Of a stretch of DNA of 64,000 bases, positions 29,368 to 40,240 are shown in pieces (within the stretch, counting starts at the first letter, position 1; the number at the start of each line of letters is the position of its first letter). Source of the DNA: an uncultured Bacteroidota bacterium (lineage in GTDB: Bacteria; Bacteroidota; Bacteroidia; AKYH767-A; OLB10); NCBI GenBank assembly GCA_903847585.1, contig CAINEC010000007.1, positions 8,112 to 72,111 on the forward strand, given 5' to 3'. The translations under genes and the position numbers were made by a program. The notes beneath the pieces are model-generated. The model was not told the DNA's origin and did no database searches. It worked only from the letters and a program-made list of their open reading frames with translations.

Positions 29368-30413
29368 GCTTTACAATACTTGAGAAACAGATCTTTCATT
29401 AAAATTGAGAGGTCTGTTTTTTCTTTTAGCATGGTTTCTTTACGAAGCTTAAATACTTCTTTTAAATCGCCTTGTTCAATGAGCGTTTTCGTTGTTTCAA
29501 ATAGTTTTTCTCTATCTGATGTTCGAATGCCAAAAGTTAATTGATACTTGTGCTCTAATTCTTCCAAATAGCCAATCTCACCAACAAAATCGTTGAATCG
29601 TATAGAAGGAGTTCCTAGAACTGCCGCTTCAGCAGCCATCGTCTGACTATCTCCGATATACATTTTTGCAAAGGCCATTGCATGATGTATATGTAATGGG
29701 TTTATGCTGATGCGATATGGTTCCAGTTCTTTTGAAAGTTCTCGCTCGCTTGTAATATAAACTCGTCCATATGGAGAAATTAATTCGATAAGTTTTAATG
29801 CTAGCGCATCATCGATTCCTTTTCTTCCTTCATCATGATGTGCATTTAACTTGGCAAATCGTAAGATGATAAAATCTTTTTCTTGTATGTATTTCTTAAC
29901 GATAGACTCATCAGCAAGAAAATGATTCGGATGCAAATAAGCTAGTTCATGGTAACTATCGTATCCTGTTTTTTTATAATTCCATTTTCCACAGTCGCAG
30001 CAATGAGGCGCTAAAACGGTTGTCGCCATTGGATAAGCCACTTTTGCAAATAAAGGAACAACATCAGCATCGTCTTCATTCACAACAATTGATGGTATGC
30101 CTGTGATTTTTCCAATATGCGTAATTTCAGCAGAAGTTCCAGCCATCAAATGCGGCTTGTATTGTAACACGATTTTAAGTAGCGCTAATTCTCTTTTTAA
30201 TAAGGCTAATGCAATTTTAAATTTGGAGTCGCCACGTTCTTTCGAATGAATATTGGTATAGTCCCAACCTTGATTTTTAAGTAGTTCTTCTAATATATCT
30301 TTCTTCTTAATTAGAATCTTAACATCATGTCCAGCTTCTTTCAAAAGAATGATTGTATTCTTGAATAAGTGAAAGTGGGCTGGATGCCCCATGTATATTA
30401 TAATTCTTTTCAT
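29364..30413 (-). CDS. DUF354-family protein (GT-B/epimerase-like fold), last gene of the polysaccharide locus
   Basis: MKRIIIYMGHPAHFHLFKN... is the DUF354 N-terminal signature. Start at 30413 gives a 4-nt overlap with the upstream stop, whereas the track ORF start at 30467 is a 58-nt overlap. Confidence 0.65.
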   Translation of the reverse strand: MKRIIIYMGHPAHFHLFKNTIILLKEAGHDVKILIKKKDILEELLKNQGWDYTNIHSKERGDSKFKIALALLKRELALLKIVLQYKPHLMAGTSAEITHIGKITGIPSIVVNEDDADVVPLFAKVAYPMATTVLAPHCCDCGKWNYKKTGYDSYHELAYLHPNHFLADESIVKKYIQEKDFIILRFAKLNAHHDEGRKGIDDALALKLIELISPYGRVYITSERELSKELEPYRISINPLHIHHAMAFAKMYIGDSQTMAAEAAVLGTPSIRFNDFVGEIGYLEELEHKYQLTFGIRTSDREKLFETTKTLIEQGDLKEVFKLRKETMLKEKTDLSILMKDLFLKYCKA

Positions 30414-31585
30414 TTTTCTGATTCGATTAATTCTGCTAATGCTAAAAACATCCATGCCTGTCCCCAACGGATATACGATGTTTTGTCCTTGAAAAATTTA
30501 TACACTCTATAATAGAAATATCCTTTTTTTGATTGCATATTTTCGATGGTCCATTCCGCAATTGATTTAGCGAAGGAGTGTAACTCTGATGAATTATGTT
30601 TTAATCTGCACAAAGTAATTATTCCTTGAGCTTGATAGTGGATGTCTGTTGGATATAGTTTAGGAATTCTAAATAACGATCGTCCATTCGGTTCAAATTG
30701 CTGTAGGATATAAAAGCTGCACCCTTTGTTTAGTGATTGCTCGATGGTCTCATCTTTGATTTCGCAAAGCGTTGCAATGTTTGATATAGACTCTAATACA
30801 AATCCCTGATGAAAATCGGTTTGCGTTCGTTCGTTACCGTTAGATTTATTTTTACTATAGGCCCAATGTCCATCACTATGTTGTTTGTTTACTACATAGT
30901 TAATTATATGATGACATTTTTTCTTTATTGATTCATTTTTTGTTATAGCATAATTGATGGCTAAAATTTCTCCCGCCAATAATGACGCATTGTAACAGAT
31001 ATCTTTTTTTTCTGTTGAATAGCTATAGCAAATTCCTGATTCCTCTTCTGTAAAAGCTAAATCGCATAATACAAAATCAGAAGCAGATAGTATGATTGAT
31101 TTGATTTCTTCAGTTGGTTTAACTTTATATGCTTCGTAAAAACCTTTTATAATAAATGCTGTTGCAACTGAAGTGGGAGAGTAGGGCTTTAAATATTTTT
31201 CAGGACTACACCATCCAAAATTATATCCCCAGCAATAACCACTATATCCTTTTGTGCTTAACTCTTTTAATAAATTAATCAGTAATTCTATTTGTGGTGA
31301 ATAATCTTTCGATGGTTGCTTTTGTTGTAATACTGCATATGCATGTAACATTAATCCTAAACCCTTTGGATTGTAATCTTTTTTGATTCCTAATAAAGGA
31401 CGTATGTTAATGGGATTTCTTTTTTGGACTTGTGTGGCAATGATAGCTAACCATTTATTGATACTTACAAAAGGAATAAACGACATTAATGTATCATAAG
31501 GGTCATAGCCTTTATAAGACTCTCCTTCGATATAGTTCTGCAGTTTAATTAATGATTCTTCAATGCGCGACATAGTACTATTCAA
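30410..31585 (-). CDS. Hypothetical protein, possibly an (alpha/alpha) toroid-fold polysaccharide-modifying enzyme
   Basis: 391 aa with no signal peptide or TM segment. Periodic aromatic-rich helical repeats (GYCWGYNFGW, HWAYS, WGQAWMFLAL). The fold call is inference only. Confidence 0.35.
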   Translation of the reverse strand: MNSTMSRIEESLIKLQNYIEGESYKGYDPYDTLMSFIPFVSINKWLAIIATQVQKRNPINIRPLLGIKKDYNPKGLGLMLHAYAVLQQKQPSKDYSPQIELLINLLKELSTKGYSGYCWGYNFGWCSPEKYLKPYSPTSVATAFIIKGFYEAYKVKPTEEIKSIILSASDFVLCDLAFTEEESGICYSYSTEKKDICYNASLLAGEILAINYAITKNESIKKKCHHIINYVVNKQHSDGHWAYSKNKSNGNERTQTDFHQGFVLESISNIATLCEIKDETIEQSLNKGCSFYILQQFEPNGRSLFRIPKLYPTDIHYQAQGIITLCRLKHNSSELHSFAKSIAEWTIENMQSKKGYFYYRVYKFFKDKTSYIRWGQAWMFLALAELIESEK

Positions 31586-33704
31586 CCTTTATTGATTGTC
31601 CGTTGCTACGAATAGAGGTGATTGCTTTAAAAGTAGCAAGCATTGAATTGTAGATTTCTTCAAACGCAATTGGGTTTGACTTCCCTTCTTTTATTGAATT
31701 GATAAATTCAATTATTTCTTGCTGATGACCTTTATCTTGTTTCTGTTCGATTTTTTTATTTGTTTTACCAAACATGTTTAAGGATTTGAAATCATCGAGT
31801 ATATACGTGTTTCCTCCATTATATACTTCTATTCTTTCTTTTGCTAAATCTTTTGATCCATTAGCGTAATAACAAATATTAGCAATACTTCCATTTTCCA
31901 TTATCAAATTGATGGTCACCGTATCTTCGGTATTGTCGGCCGTTAGCATGCTGAAGCCTGAAACATATTTCACTTTACTTCCTGCAATGAAAGCACATAA
32001 ATCTATAAAGTGGCAAACTTCTCCAATGATTCTTCCTCCTCCAATTTTAGGATTTTGTGTCCAGTGATCAGCAGCTACCAATCCAGCATTGATTCGGTAA
32101 TGAATGGAAACTGGACTCTCACTACTTGTTTTTGATTTTATCATTTGAAGTAGTGGTGAAAATCGTCTGTTAAATCCAACCATGATATTGCCCTGATGTT
32201 TTTCGATATCAGCTTTAAGAATGTTTAATTCTTCCTCATTCAAACAAAGGGGTTTTTCTACAAATACATTCTTGCTATTCTCAACGCCTTTTTTTACATA
32301 TTCAAAATGACTATCATGTCGTGTAGTAATAAAAATCGTATTGATGTTTTCATCAGCAAATAAATCATTTACTTCATTCGTGCAATAATTAAATTTATAC
32401 TTCTGAGAGATGTTTATTGCATTATTCGACTTTCCAGTAGTAAGTCCAACAAATGAACTTTCTGTATTTGCGATTCTCGGTAAAAGGATGTTTTGTGCAA
32501 ATGATCCAGCTCCAATTAATCCGATATTAACCTTGCTGGCTTTTTTAGTTTGATTAAGAACAACTTTAGACTCTAGTTTCTTATCAATATCATATTTCAA
32601 TACTATTCCAGCAAATGGCTCACTTCTTTCCAAAATTAAATCATATGCGGACTTAGCATTAGAAAATGCAAATTCATGAGTGATGATTTTATCAATGGCT
32701 ATTTTTTGATCTTGTAATAATTTAGCAAAAGCCTGCATATTGCGTGTTTCTGTCCACCTAACATAAGCATAAGGATAATCAATTCCTTCTTCCTCAAATT
32801 CCGCATCATAACGACCAGGGCCATACGAACAAGACATTTTTAATTCAAGCTCTTTGATATAGTAATTCTTTCGAGAGAAGCCTGTTGGAACAGCACCTAC
32901 AATAATTACTTTTCCTTTCTTTCTGCAAATTTCTCCTGCTAATTCGATAGGGTCGTTTGAATTAGTACTTGCAGTGATAATTACAGCATCTGCACCATAA
33001 CCATTGGTGAATTCATTTATTTTGTTGGAGAGTAGTTCATCATTTCTTGATAATGCTAAATCAGCTCCCATCATTTTGGCTTTAGCAACTTGATTAGGGT
33101 CAATGTCAATTGCAATAACATTTACTCCTGATGCTTTCAATAGAGATACAGTAATCTGCCCAATTAATCCTAATCCGATTACTACACAATTTTCTGCCAA
33201 GCGCAAATCCGCTTGTCTAATGCCTTGCATCGCTATAGCTCCAACTGTTGTAAAGCATGCCGACTTTAAATCTGCATTATCGTTAAGCTTTACACATAGA
33301 TTAACAGAGATTGCCACTACTTCAGCATGAACAGCACCTGATCCACCACAAGCTACTTTATCGCCAATTTTAAAATCTTTTACATCATCAGCAACAGCAA
33401 TAATTTCTCCTGCACAACTATAGCCTAATGCACTTGGAGCATCGAGTTTGTTCATCACCATTTTATAAGTTTCGAATAGCCCAATTGTTTTAGCTGTTTG
33501 AATAACTTTTTTTACTTCTTCCTTTCTTGCTCTTGCTTTACCAATATATCCTAATCGCGCATCTTTAACAGTCTTTCCTTCAGTACCTGCGCTTATCAAT
33601 GAATAGTGATTACGAACTAGCACTTGGCCTGCATTTAACGCAGGGAATGGAACCTGCATAATTTGCATTGCTCCATCTTTTAAGTTTTGCGTCAGTTGTT
33701 CCAT
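31578..33704 (-). CDS. Bi-domain oxidoreductase: N-terminal zinc-type alcohol dehydrogenase (MDR) fused to C-terminal Gfo/Idh/MocA dehydrogenase
   Basis: The N-terminal half has an MDR pattern with Rossmann VIGLGLIGQ. The C-terminal half has IGLIGAGSFAQN, EKPL and GFNRRFSP, typical of Gfo/Idh/MocA. Confidence 0.8.
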   Translation of the reverse strand: MEQLTQNLKDGAMQIMQVPFPALNAGQVLVRNHYSLISAGTEGKTVKDARLGYIGKARARKEEVKKVIQTAKTIGLFETYKMVMNKLDAPSALGYSCAGEIIAVADDVKDFKIGDKVACGGSGAVHAEVVAISVNLCVKLNDNADLKSACFTTVGAIAMQGIRQADLRLAENCVVIGLGLIGQITVSLLKASGVNVIAIDIDPNQVAKAKMMGADLALSRNDELLSNKINEFTNGYGADAVIITASTNSNDPIELAGEICRKKGKVIIVGAVPTGFSRKNYYIKELELKMSCSYGPGRYDAEFEEEGIDYPYAYVRWTETRNMQAFAKLLQDQKIAIDKIITHEFAFSNAKSAYDLILERSEPFAGIVLKYDIDKKLESKVVLNQTKKASKVNIGLIGAGSFAQNILLPRIANTESSFVGLTTGKSNNAINISQKYKFNYCTNEVNDLFADENINTIFITTRHDSHFEYVKKGVENSKNVFVEKPLCLNEEELNILKADIEKHQGNIMVGFNRRFSPLLQMIKSKTSSESPVSIHYRINAGLVAADHWTQNPKIGGGRIIGEVCHFIDLCAFIAGSKVKYVSGFSMLTADNTEDTVTINLIMENGSIANICYYANGSKDLAKERIEVYNGGNTYILDDFKSLNMFGKTNKKIEQKQDKGHQQEIIEFINSIKEGKSNPIAFEEIYNSMLATFKAITSIRSNGQSIKVE

Positions 33705-33706
33705 TG

Positions 33707-34804
33707 TTAAGCTGTTATTTGATTTATAATTGTTGTTAATCGTTGAACCATTTTCTCTTCAGTAAAATTTGCCTCATATAGTTCTCTCGATTTTTTACTC
33801 ATCGAATTTCTTAAACTTTCGTCATTTACTAAAATAGCTATTTTGTTGGCTATTTCCTCGGGCGATTTAGACTTTACTATAAATCCATTCTCCCCATCAA
33901 TTACCGATTCTACAATTGCTCCTTGATCAGTGCTGATTACTGGCAGCGATGAAGCCATTGCCTCAATGATAACCCATGGATGTCCTTCAGGTGCACGAGG
34001 AGGAAATAAGAAAATGTCTGATTGCGACATTAATTCAAATTTTCGATTACTCTCACTTTGAGAATAAAAATTGACATCAAGGTTATTGTCATTCACAATT
34101 TGGAGACTCTTGTTTTTTATCTCTTCATTTCTCCATCCACCGATAATATCAAATTTGCAAACGATATTATTTTCTGCTAGTATTTTTGCAGCGTCAATTA
34201 CATCTTCAATTCCTTTTGATGGTTGTAAATTGCCCAAGTATAAAACTTTTATTTTGTCACTTACTTTTTTTCTAACTGGTAAATCATAAGTACCACCATT
34301 CGGACAAACAAAAATTTTATTTTCCGGTAGATATTCTTCAAATAAATATTTCAAGTTGTTGCCTAGTACGATTACACCTTCACATTTATTCAATGTGGAT
34401 TTAACATACCAACGTGTTAGCGCATTGGATCGATTCATCCAGATTTTAAATTCACTACCTCTTAGATGAAGAAGAACTTTTGTTTTTAGTTGTAAACAGA
34501 TATAAATATAAATGGAGTCTTTTATGAATCCTATTGTTGATTGACTAAATGGTATAAGTGCTAATTCAGGTCGATATTTTTTATTGATCTTAATTAGTTT
34601 CTTATAGATGTCTAAATTCCTTTTTAATTTATCGAAGTTAAACTTACCTATGTTTTTTAAATCTGAATTTACTTTCGTATCTACATGCAACAAATTAAAA
34701 TTGCGCGATAAATCAGACTGTAATAACAATGCAGTTGCAATAGATGGCCCCATATAAGGTGGAGGCAGCTTGCCTAAGAGTAATATGTTTTTTTTATCGC
34801 TCAT
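33707..34804 (-). CDS. Glycosyltransferase, GT4-like (GT-B fold)
   Basis: The C-terminal EGHPWVIIEAMASSLPVISTDQGAIVESV motif is the EX7E region of GT4 enzymes. Confidence 0.85.
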   Translation of the reverse strand: MSDKKNILLLGKLPPPYMGPSIATALLLQSDLSRNFNLLHVDTKVNSDLKNIGKFNFDKLKRNLDIYKKLIKINKKYRPELALIPFSQSTIGFIKDSIYIYICLQLKTKVLLHLRGSEFKIWMNRSNALTRWYVKSTLNKCEGVIVLGNNLKYLFEEYLPENKIFVCPNGGTYDLPVRKKVSDKIKVLYLGNLQPSKGIEDVIDAAKILAENNIVCKFDIIGGWRNEEIKNKSLQIVNDNNLDVNFYSQSESNRKFELMSQSDIFLFPPRAPEGHPWVIIEAMASSLPVISTDQGAIVESVIDGENGFIVKSKSPEEIANKIAILVNDESLRNSMSKKSRELYEANFTEEKMVQRLTTIINQITA

Positions 34805-36069
34805 GAATACTGCATTTTTTTAGGGAGTGATGCATAAGCTACTACTGGAAACATAAAGTACATCCATGGTGCATATAATGTTGGAATAGTGCTGACAGAC
34901 CATAAAAGCAAGGATGCAGTTGTAGAAATCAATAGGAATTTTTCCGGAATTAAAAGTTGAAAATAGGCGGTGTTTATTAAAATGAAATATATTGTATAGG
35001 CGCCAACTCCTATAAAGCCTGTTAAGAATAATAAACGAACATAGTCGGAGTGCATGCCGGCACTAATCATATTATCTGTTTCTTTAAAATTAGAACTCGG
35101 TACACCTATAAAGTGATTCAATACTGGCATCTGTTCCCATATCTCAAAATATTTTTCCCATCGACTCATCCTTCCGTTAAGTGCTTGCGACTTATCATTT
35201 TCATTATCTACAACTTTGATTTCTTTGTCAATTAATGGAGCAATTTGCTTGTTGTAAATATCTTCAGCAAAGAATAATCCTCCAATAATACAAACAAAAA
35301 ATACTACGATTAATCCTTTCACATTTTTAAGGTTATGTACCATCAAAAACACAAAAACTGTTAATGTTACGGCCCACGTTGATACCTGCTTAATTTTAGT
35401 TAATCCAAAAAAAACAATCATTAGTGTAACAACAATATGAAATGGAGTTACTTTAAGTTTTGTTTTATTATAGATATACGTTAAGAAGTAATAACTCATC
35501 GTGATAAATAAAATCTCGATGTAGATTGCATAATTCATAATGTCTGCATAAGCACCACGAATTCGGGCACCACCACCACGTCCTTCACTCACATACTCAA
35601 CCGCAATTGGGTTAAAAATCGATTCGTAAAACATCATTCCTAATGGGAAGATGCATGCTAGTAAACATGCGAATAAGATTCCATCGAGATCAGCTTTTGA
35701 TTGAACAAACATCCTGCAATAGAAGAAAATTAAAGCTGGTGTAGTATACTTAATCACATCACCGATTGATGATATAGACAACTGTGTAGCATAGAAAATT
35801 AAACAGTTTCCGACCAAGAAGTAGGTAAATAATTTAAACGGACTGTCATAAACAGATTGTTTAATGCGTGCTAGTTTATTAGAGGTAGCGCTAATTAAAA
35901 TTAATATGGGAGTTAATACTCCAACAATGTAAAGCGGACTTGCTAACGAAGATGTTTCTTTCAGCTCATAAAAATTATCGACGATTGGTCTGATTAATAT
36001 CAGAACAATAAACCATTTTTTAGTAATGTGCAGCGACTTAAACCACTTGAGCCAAATTCGAAAGTTCAT
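34801..36069 (-). CDS. O-antigen polymerase/ligase-like polytopic membrane protein (Wzy candidate)
   Basis: 422 aa with more than 10 predicted TM segments and one large loop, located inside a glycosyltransferase cluster. Confidence 0.65.
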   Translation of the reverse strand: MNFRIWLKWFKSLHITKKWFIVLILIRPIVDNFYELKETSSLASPLYIVGVLTPILILISATSNKLARIKQSVYDSPFKLFTYFLVGNCLIFYATQLSISSIGDVIKYTTPALIFFYCRMFVQSKADLDGILFACLLACIFPLGMMFYESIFNPIAVEYVSEGRGGGARIRGAYADIMNYAIYIEILFITMSYYFLTYIYNKTKLKVTPFHIVVTLMIVFFGLTKIKQVSTWAVTLTVFVFLMVHNLKNVKGLIVVFFVCIIGGLFFAEDIYNKQIAPLIDKEIKVVDNENDKSQALNGRMSRWEKYFEIWEQMPVLNHFIGVPSSNFKETDNMISAGMHSDYVRLLFLTGFIGVGAYTIYFILINTAYFQLLIPEKFLLISTTASLLLWSVSTIPTLYAPWMYFMFPVVAYASLPKKMQYS

Positions 36070-36117
36070 AATCTTTAATTTTTACTCGGCAATTATGCTT
36101 TGTAAAAATAGTTTTTG

Positions 36118-37272
36118 TTAGATAAATAAGTGCAATGACGTTTTTATAGCCTTCACAAACCCCGTCGAGGCCTTTGAAAGTGAAGCATTGTTACGGATAA
36201 AGTCCCCAGCTTGTTTCCCTAATTCCTGAGCTTTTTCCGGATTTTCGATAATAAAATTGATTTTTTCTACTATTTCCTCTTTATTTTGATAATCTACAAT
36301 GTAACCATTAACACCATTGTTGATTAAATCTTCACTTGCCCCAGCATTTATAGAAGACAGACAAGGTACACCCGCAGCCATAGCTTCGTTTAGTACAAGT
36401 CCCCAAATGTCAAAGTCGGTTTGGAATAACAATGCCTTTGCTTTAGCAAAGTAGGGAGGAAGTTCTTCTTTCTGCTTAAATCCGTGAAATTTTATTTGAT
36501 TTGAAAGTTGATAATCAACAACCATTTTTTCTAGTGCTTGTTTGCTTTCTCCATCACCAATTATGTCAATACAAAAATCACTGCGTCGTGATTTTAAAAT
36601 TTTAGCAATTTCAATTAACTGACCAACATTTTTTCTTGGCACTAAATAACCAAGATAAATAAAGTGATGTATTCCATCATTAACGATTGCAGCTCTGTGT
36701 TTTTCTGTTTCTTGTTCAAAGAAACTTGTGTCGACTGTATTAGTTGCAATAAAAACTTTTTCTTCTCGAGCGCCTATACTTGTTAAATAGGATTTTGCTT
36801 TAGTTCCGTAAGCAACAAATGCAGATGCGAAACGAGTTAACAGTTTTCTTTGCATCGTTCTTACTAGACTATCTTTCCTTCCTTTTTTGGCTATTGAACC
36901 ATTCCAGATTATATACGGGGTTCGATTAAGCAAAGAATATAAAAATACTTTTACTGTAGCGCTTGAAAATCCTGATACAATTATTGCATCTGGCTTTTCT
37001 TTTTTCAATTGTTGACTAAGTCCTTTGTAGGTAAAATAAGAATTCTCTGTGTTGTTCCCAATCGTAATGGCTTCGTTATCTAAAAAAGAATAATCAAATT
37101 GAAATTCATTTTCATTCAATTGAAAGAGCCTTCTTTTATAAGTTTTATTTGCAAAAATTATTTTTAAATGAATATTCTCATTTTTTAATTGCTTAGAAAG
37201 CTCGTTGAATAACGGAACGCGATAGGGGTTGGGTATGTTGGTAATTAAAAGGACCTTCTTCATTACATCCAT
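36118..37272 (-). CDS. Glycosyltransferase, GT4-like
   Basis: WGLVLNEAMAAGVPCLSSINAGASEDLI EX7E region. The alternative start MKKV at 37263 overlaps the asnB-like stop by 1 nt. Confidence 0.85.
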   Translation of the reverse strand: MDVMKKVLLITNIPNPYRVPLFNELSKQLKNENIHLKIIFANKTYKRRLFQLNENEFQFDYSFLDNEAITIGNNTENSYFTYKGLSQQLKKEKPDAIIVSGFSSATVKVFLYSLLNRTPYIIWNGSIAKKGRKDSLVRTMQRKLLTRFASAFVAYGTKAKSYLTSIGAREEKVFIATNTVDTSFFEQETEKHRAAIVNDGIHHFIYLGYLVPRKNVGQLIEIAKILKSRRSDFCIDIIGDGESKQALEKMVVDYQLSNQIKFHGFKQKEELPPYFAKAKALLFQTDFDIWGLVLNEAMAAGVPCLSSINAGASEDLINNGVNGYIVDYQNKEEIVEKINFIIENPEKAQELGKQAGDFIRNNASLSKASTGFVKAIKTSLHLFI

Positions 37273-39161
37273 TTTTTAAACCATTGCATAATGAAATAAA
37301 TCGTCCAAAGATTATTCGTGTAATCTTTCTTCCCGTTCTTCATTGCATTAATTTGTGTTTTTAATCCCGACTCACTAAAAATATCGATGTTTTTACAAAA
37401 GCTGCTTAAATCACTTTCAATATTTCTGATAATAATATCTTGCGACCATTCTCTCAATGGAACACAGAATCCCATTTTCTTTCGATAAAGGATTTCATTT
37501 GGTAATGTCCCTTCTAGCGATTTTTTTAAAATGTATTTTGGTATTTTGTTTTTTGACTTTAGCGAATATGGAATCGACAATGCATAATCTACAAATTCAT
37601 AATCTAAAAAAGGATTTCGAATTTCAATACTATGTGCCATGCCTATACGGTCCATTCGATACAGGTATTTAGCAGGAATCAAATACTTATATCCCAAGTA
37701 GCACATCCAGTCTTTATCACTTAACCAATTGTTTTTCTCTCGAATTTTTTGAAATTCTGTAAGATGCTTTTTAATTACATCATAAGAATCTAATGAAGAA
37801 TGATTGCTTAGAAATTCAGATGATAAGATTTGTTTTTTAGTACTTTCTTTAAATGCTTTTGCTCCTCCCCAAAATAATTCTTGTCCTTTAGCAGCACGGT
37901 AAATTATTTCTTTAATACCTGTTTTGTTATCATCATAGCCTATCGTTGATGATGCAAGTTGTAATAGACTTTTAGGAAGCTTGTTCAATAAATTGTAATA
38001 AGGATATATCTGCTCATATTTTTGCCAACTATTATATCCTGCTAATAGTTCATCGGCACCGTCTCCCGTTTGTACAACAATCGTGTTGTGCTTCCTTGCT
38101 AATTCAGAAATAAAATAAACAGGAATACAAGTGGCATCAGCCATTGGCTCATCAAATATGGACACAACAGAGGGTAAAAAGTTTTCGATATCTTCTTTGC
38201 CAACTATTTTTTCATAATGATCGGTATTAAATTGCTTTGCTATTTTTTGAGCATAAATCCGCTCATCATAGTCAGGCTGTCCTTCAAATCCAACAGAGAA
38301 TGTTTTAATAGTTCCTTCTGTTCTTGCTCTCATCATTGCAACTACTGCACTGGAATCGACACCTCCACTTAAAAAAGCCCCAACAGGTACATCGGCCACC
38401 ATTCTTAAATCAACCGACTTATTTAATTTTTCATATAAAGTTTCTTCAATTGACTTTTCAGATGTATGATTTAAATTCTGATAGTGAATATTATAATACG
38501 AACTCATCTCGAAAATACCATTATTACTAACGGTCATGTATTCACCAGCACCAAGTTTTTTAATGCCTTTAAAAAATGTTGAAGGGGCATCTACATGATT
38601 AAAGGTTAAAAAGTGATAGAGCGCTTCTTCATCAATTTCTTTCTTTATCCAAGGTAATTCTAAGAGCGCTTTTATTTCAGATGAAAAAGAAAATACTCCG
38701 CCCATAATAGAGTAGTAGAGCGGTTTTTTACCAGCCCTGTCTCTAGCTAGTTTTAAAACATTATTCTTATTATCGAAATAAGCAAATGCAAACATTCCAT
38801 TTAGTTTATGTAATGCAGCATGCCCTTCTTTCTGATATAGTTGTAATAGTACTTCGGTGTCACTGTCGGATTTAAAAACGCAATCAGTGATTTCTTTTTT
38901 TATGGATTGATAATTATAAATCTCCCCATTAAAAACAATACAGTTCCCTCTTTCATCAAACATGGGTTGATGCCCAGCTTCTGACAAATCAATGATGCTT
39001 AATCGTAAATGTCCAAGTGCAAGTCCTTTTTCAGTATTGATATATGTTCCCTGATCATCAGGTCCTCTATGTTGAATACGTTGGTTCATGCGTGCTAGGT
39101 ATTCACTCGCTTCATTTGGCAAGCTGTTTCCCAGCATCATGAATCCGTTAATTCCGCACAT
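37263..39161 (-). CDS. Asparagine synthase (glutamine-hydrolysing)-family amidotransferase
   Basis: N-terminal MCGI nucleophile Cys2, RGPDD, and PP-loop SGGVDSS. Confidence 0.9.
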   Translation of the reverse strand: MCGINGFMMLGNSLPNEASEYLARMNQRIQHRGPDDQGTYINTEKGLALGHLRLSIIDLSEAGHQPMFDERGNCIVFNGEIYNYQSIKKEITDCVFKSDSDTEVLLQLYQKEGHAALHKLNGMFAFAYFDNKNNVLKLARDRAGKKPLYYSIMGGVFSFSSEIKALLELPWIKKEIDEEALYHFLTFNHVDAPSTFFKGIKKLGAGEYMTVSNNGIFEMSSYYNIHYQNLNHTSEKSIEETLYEKLNKSVDLRMVADVPVGAFLSGGVDSSAVVAMMRARTEGTIKTFSVGFEGQPDYDERIYAQKIAKQFNTDHYEKIVGKEDIENFLPSVVSIFDEPMADATCIPVYFISELARKHNTIVVQTGDGADELLAGYNSWQKYEQIYPYYNLLNKLPKSLLQLASSTIGYDDNKTGIKEIIYRAAKGQELFWGGAKAFKESTKKQILSSEFLSNHSSLDSYDVIKKHLTEFQKIREKNNWLSDKDWMCYLGYKYLIPAKYLYRMDRIGMAHSIEIRNPFLDYEFVDYALSIPYSLKSKNKIPKYILKKSLEGTLPNEILYRKKMGFCVPLREWSQDIIIRNIESDLSSFCKNIDIFSESGLKTQINAMKNGKKDYTNNLWTIYFIMQWFKKWM

Positions 39162-39162
39162 G

Positions 39163-40239
39163 TTATAAAGATAAGTAAACTTGGTTAATTGCTAAATCCA
39201 TTTTTTCAATGGAGAATTTCTGAGCGAATGCTTTACGATGATTTCGAAGCTTAGTTTCATTTATATCAATGGAGTGTTCAACTATTGAGTCAATAAAGAT
39301 TGTTAGCTCTTTTGTATTTTCAAAAACCATGTTGGGTTCACACTTATTTACTAATTCGGCTAATCCACCGCCATCACTATATACCGCTACTGCACATCCA
39401 TAAGAATAAGCCTCTATGGCAACAAGCCCAAATGCCTCATTGGTAGAAGGGGCAATTAATAGATCCCACTGGCTATAATAACTCGATAAATTATTTTTGA
39501 ATCCTAAAAGTTCGATTGTGTCAGTTAAATTATTTTTAGAAATCAGATGGATGATGCTCTCTTTCTGAGGACCATCGCCAATGAGTTCTATACTGATTTT
39601 AGATTTATCGCTTATAGCAGCGATGGCTTCTATTAGGCGATCAACTCTTTTTACCTCTACTAATCGACCAACAAATCCAATCCGAATAGTATCCGATGAT
39701 TTTGTTTGCTCTTCAATTATCAGGGGTAATTCAACTCCGTTATAAACAACACTTAATGACTTCGACTTTAGATGGTATTTTGCAATTGCTGTTGTTTTTG
39801 AAAATTCAGAATTGAAAGTGATGTGGTTGGCATATTTATTTAAAAATAATTCTTGAAGCTTTTTAGAAAACTTCTCTGAAATTCCTTGCTTTCTTTCAAA
39901 AGCAAAGTTGCCATGTTCGGTAAAAACAATTTTTCGTTTTGAACGAATAGCTGCAAGAGCAATTATTGGATTGAAAGAATGAAGATGGAGAATATCATAT
40001 TGCTTAAACATTTTCACACATTCATTAATTTTAGAAAAATTACTGCTTCCTTTTTTGAAATTGCCTTTTATTAAGTCAATGTTTTTTTCTTGTGCTTTTT
40101 CAATTAATGGTCCTTCTGATTTAGCAGCAAAGAGTGTAGGTTTTACAATATCATTATTTTGCTGCGCTATTGCTAAATTAAGCACAACGCTTTCTATCCC
40201 TCCGATATTCGACGACCATATGATATGTAAAACTTTCAT
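39163..40239 (-). CDS. Glycosyltransferase, GT4-like
   Basis: MKVLHIIWSSNIGGIE N-terminus and EAFGLVAIEAYSYGCAV EX7E region. ATG at 40239 sits 1 nt after the upstream stop. Confidence 0.85.
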   Translation of the reverse strand: MKVLHIIWSSNIGGIESVVLNLAIAQQNNDIVKPTLFAAKSEGPLIEKAQEKNIDLIKGNFKKGSSNFSKINECVKMFKQYDILHLHSFNPIIALAAIRSKRKIVFTEHGNFAFERKQGISEKFSKKLQELFLNKYANHITFNSEFSKTTAIAKYHLKSKSLSVVYNGVELPLIIEEQTKSSDTIRIGFVGRLVEVKRVDRLIEAIAAISDKSKISIELIGDGPQKESIIHLISKNNLTDTIELLGFKNNLSSYYSQWDLLIAPSTNEAFGLVAIEAYSYGCAVAVYSDGGGLAELVNKCEPNMVFENTKELTIFIDSIVEHSIDINETKLRNHRKAFAQKFSIEKMDLAINQVYLSL

Positions 40240-40240
40240 T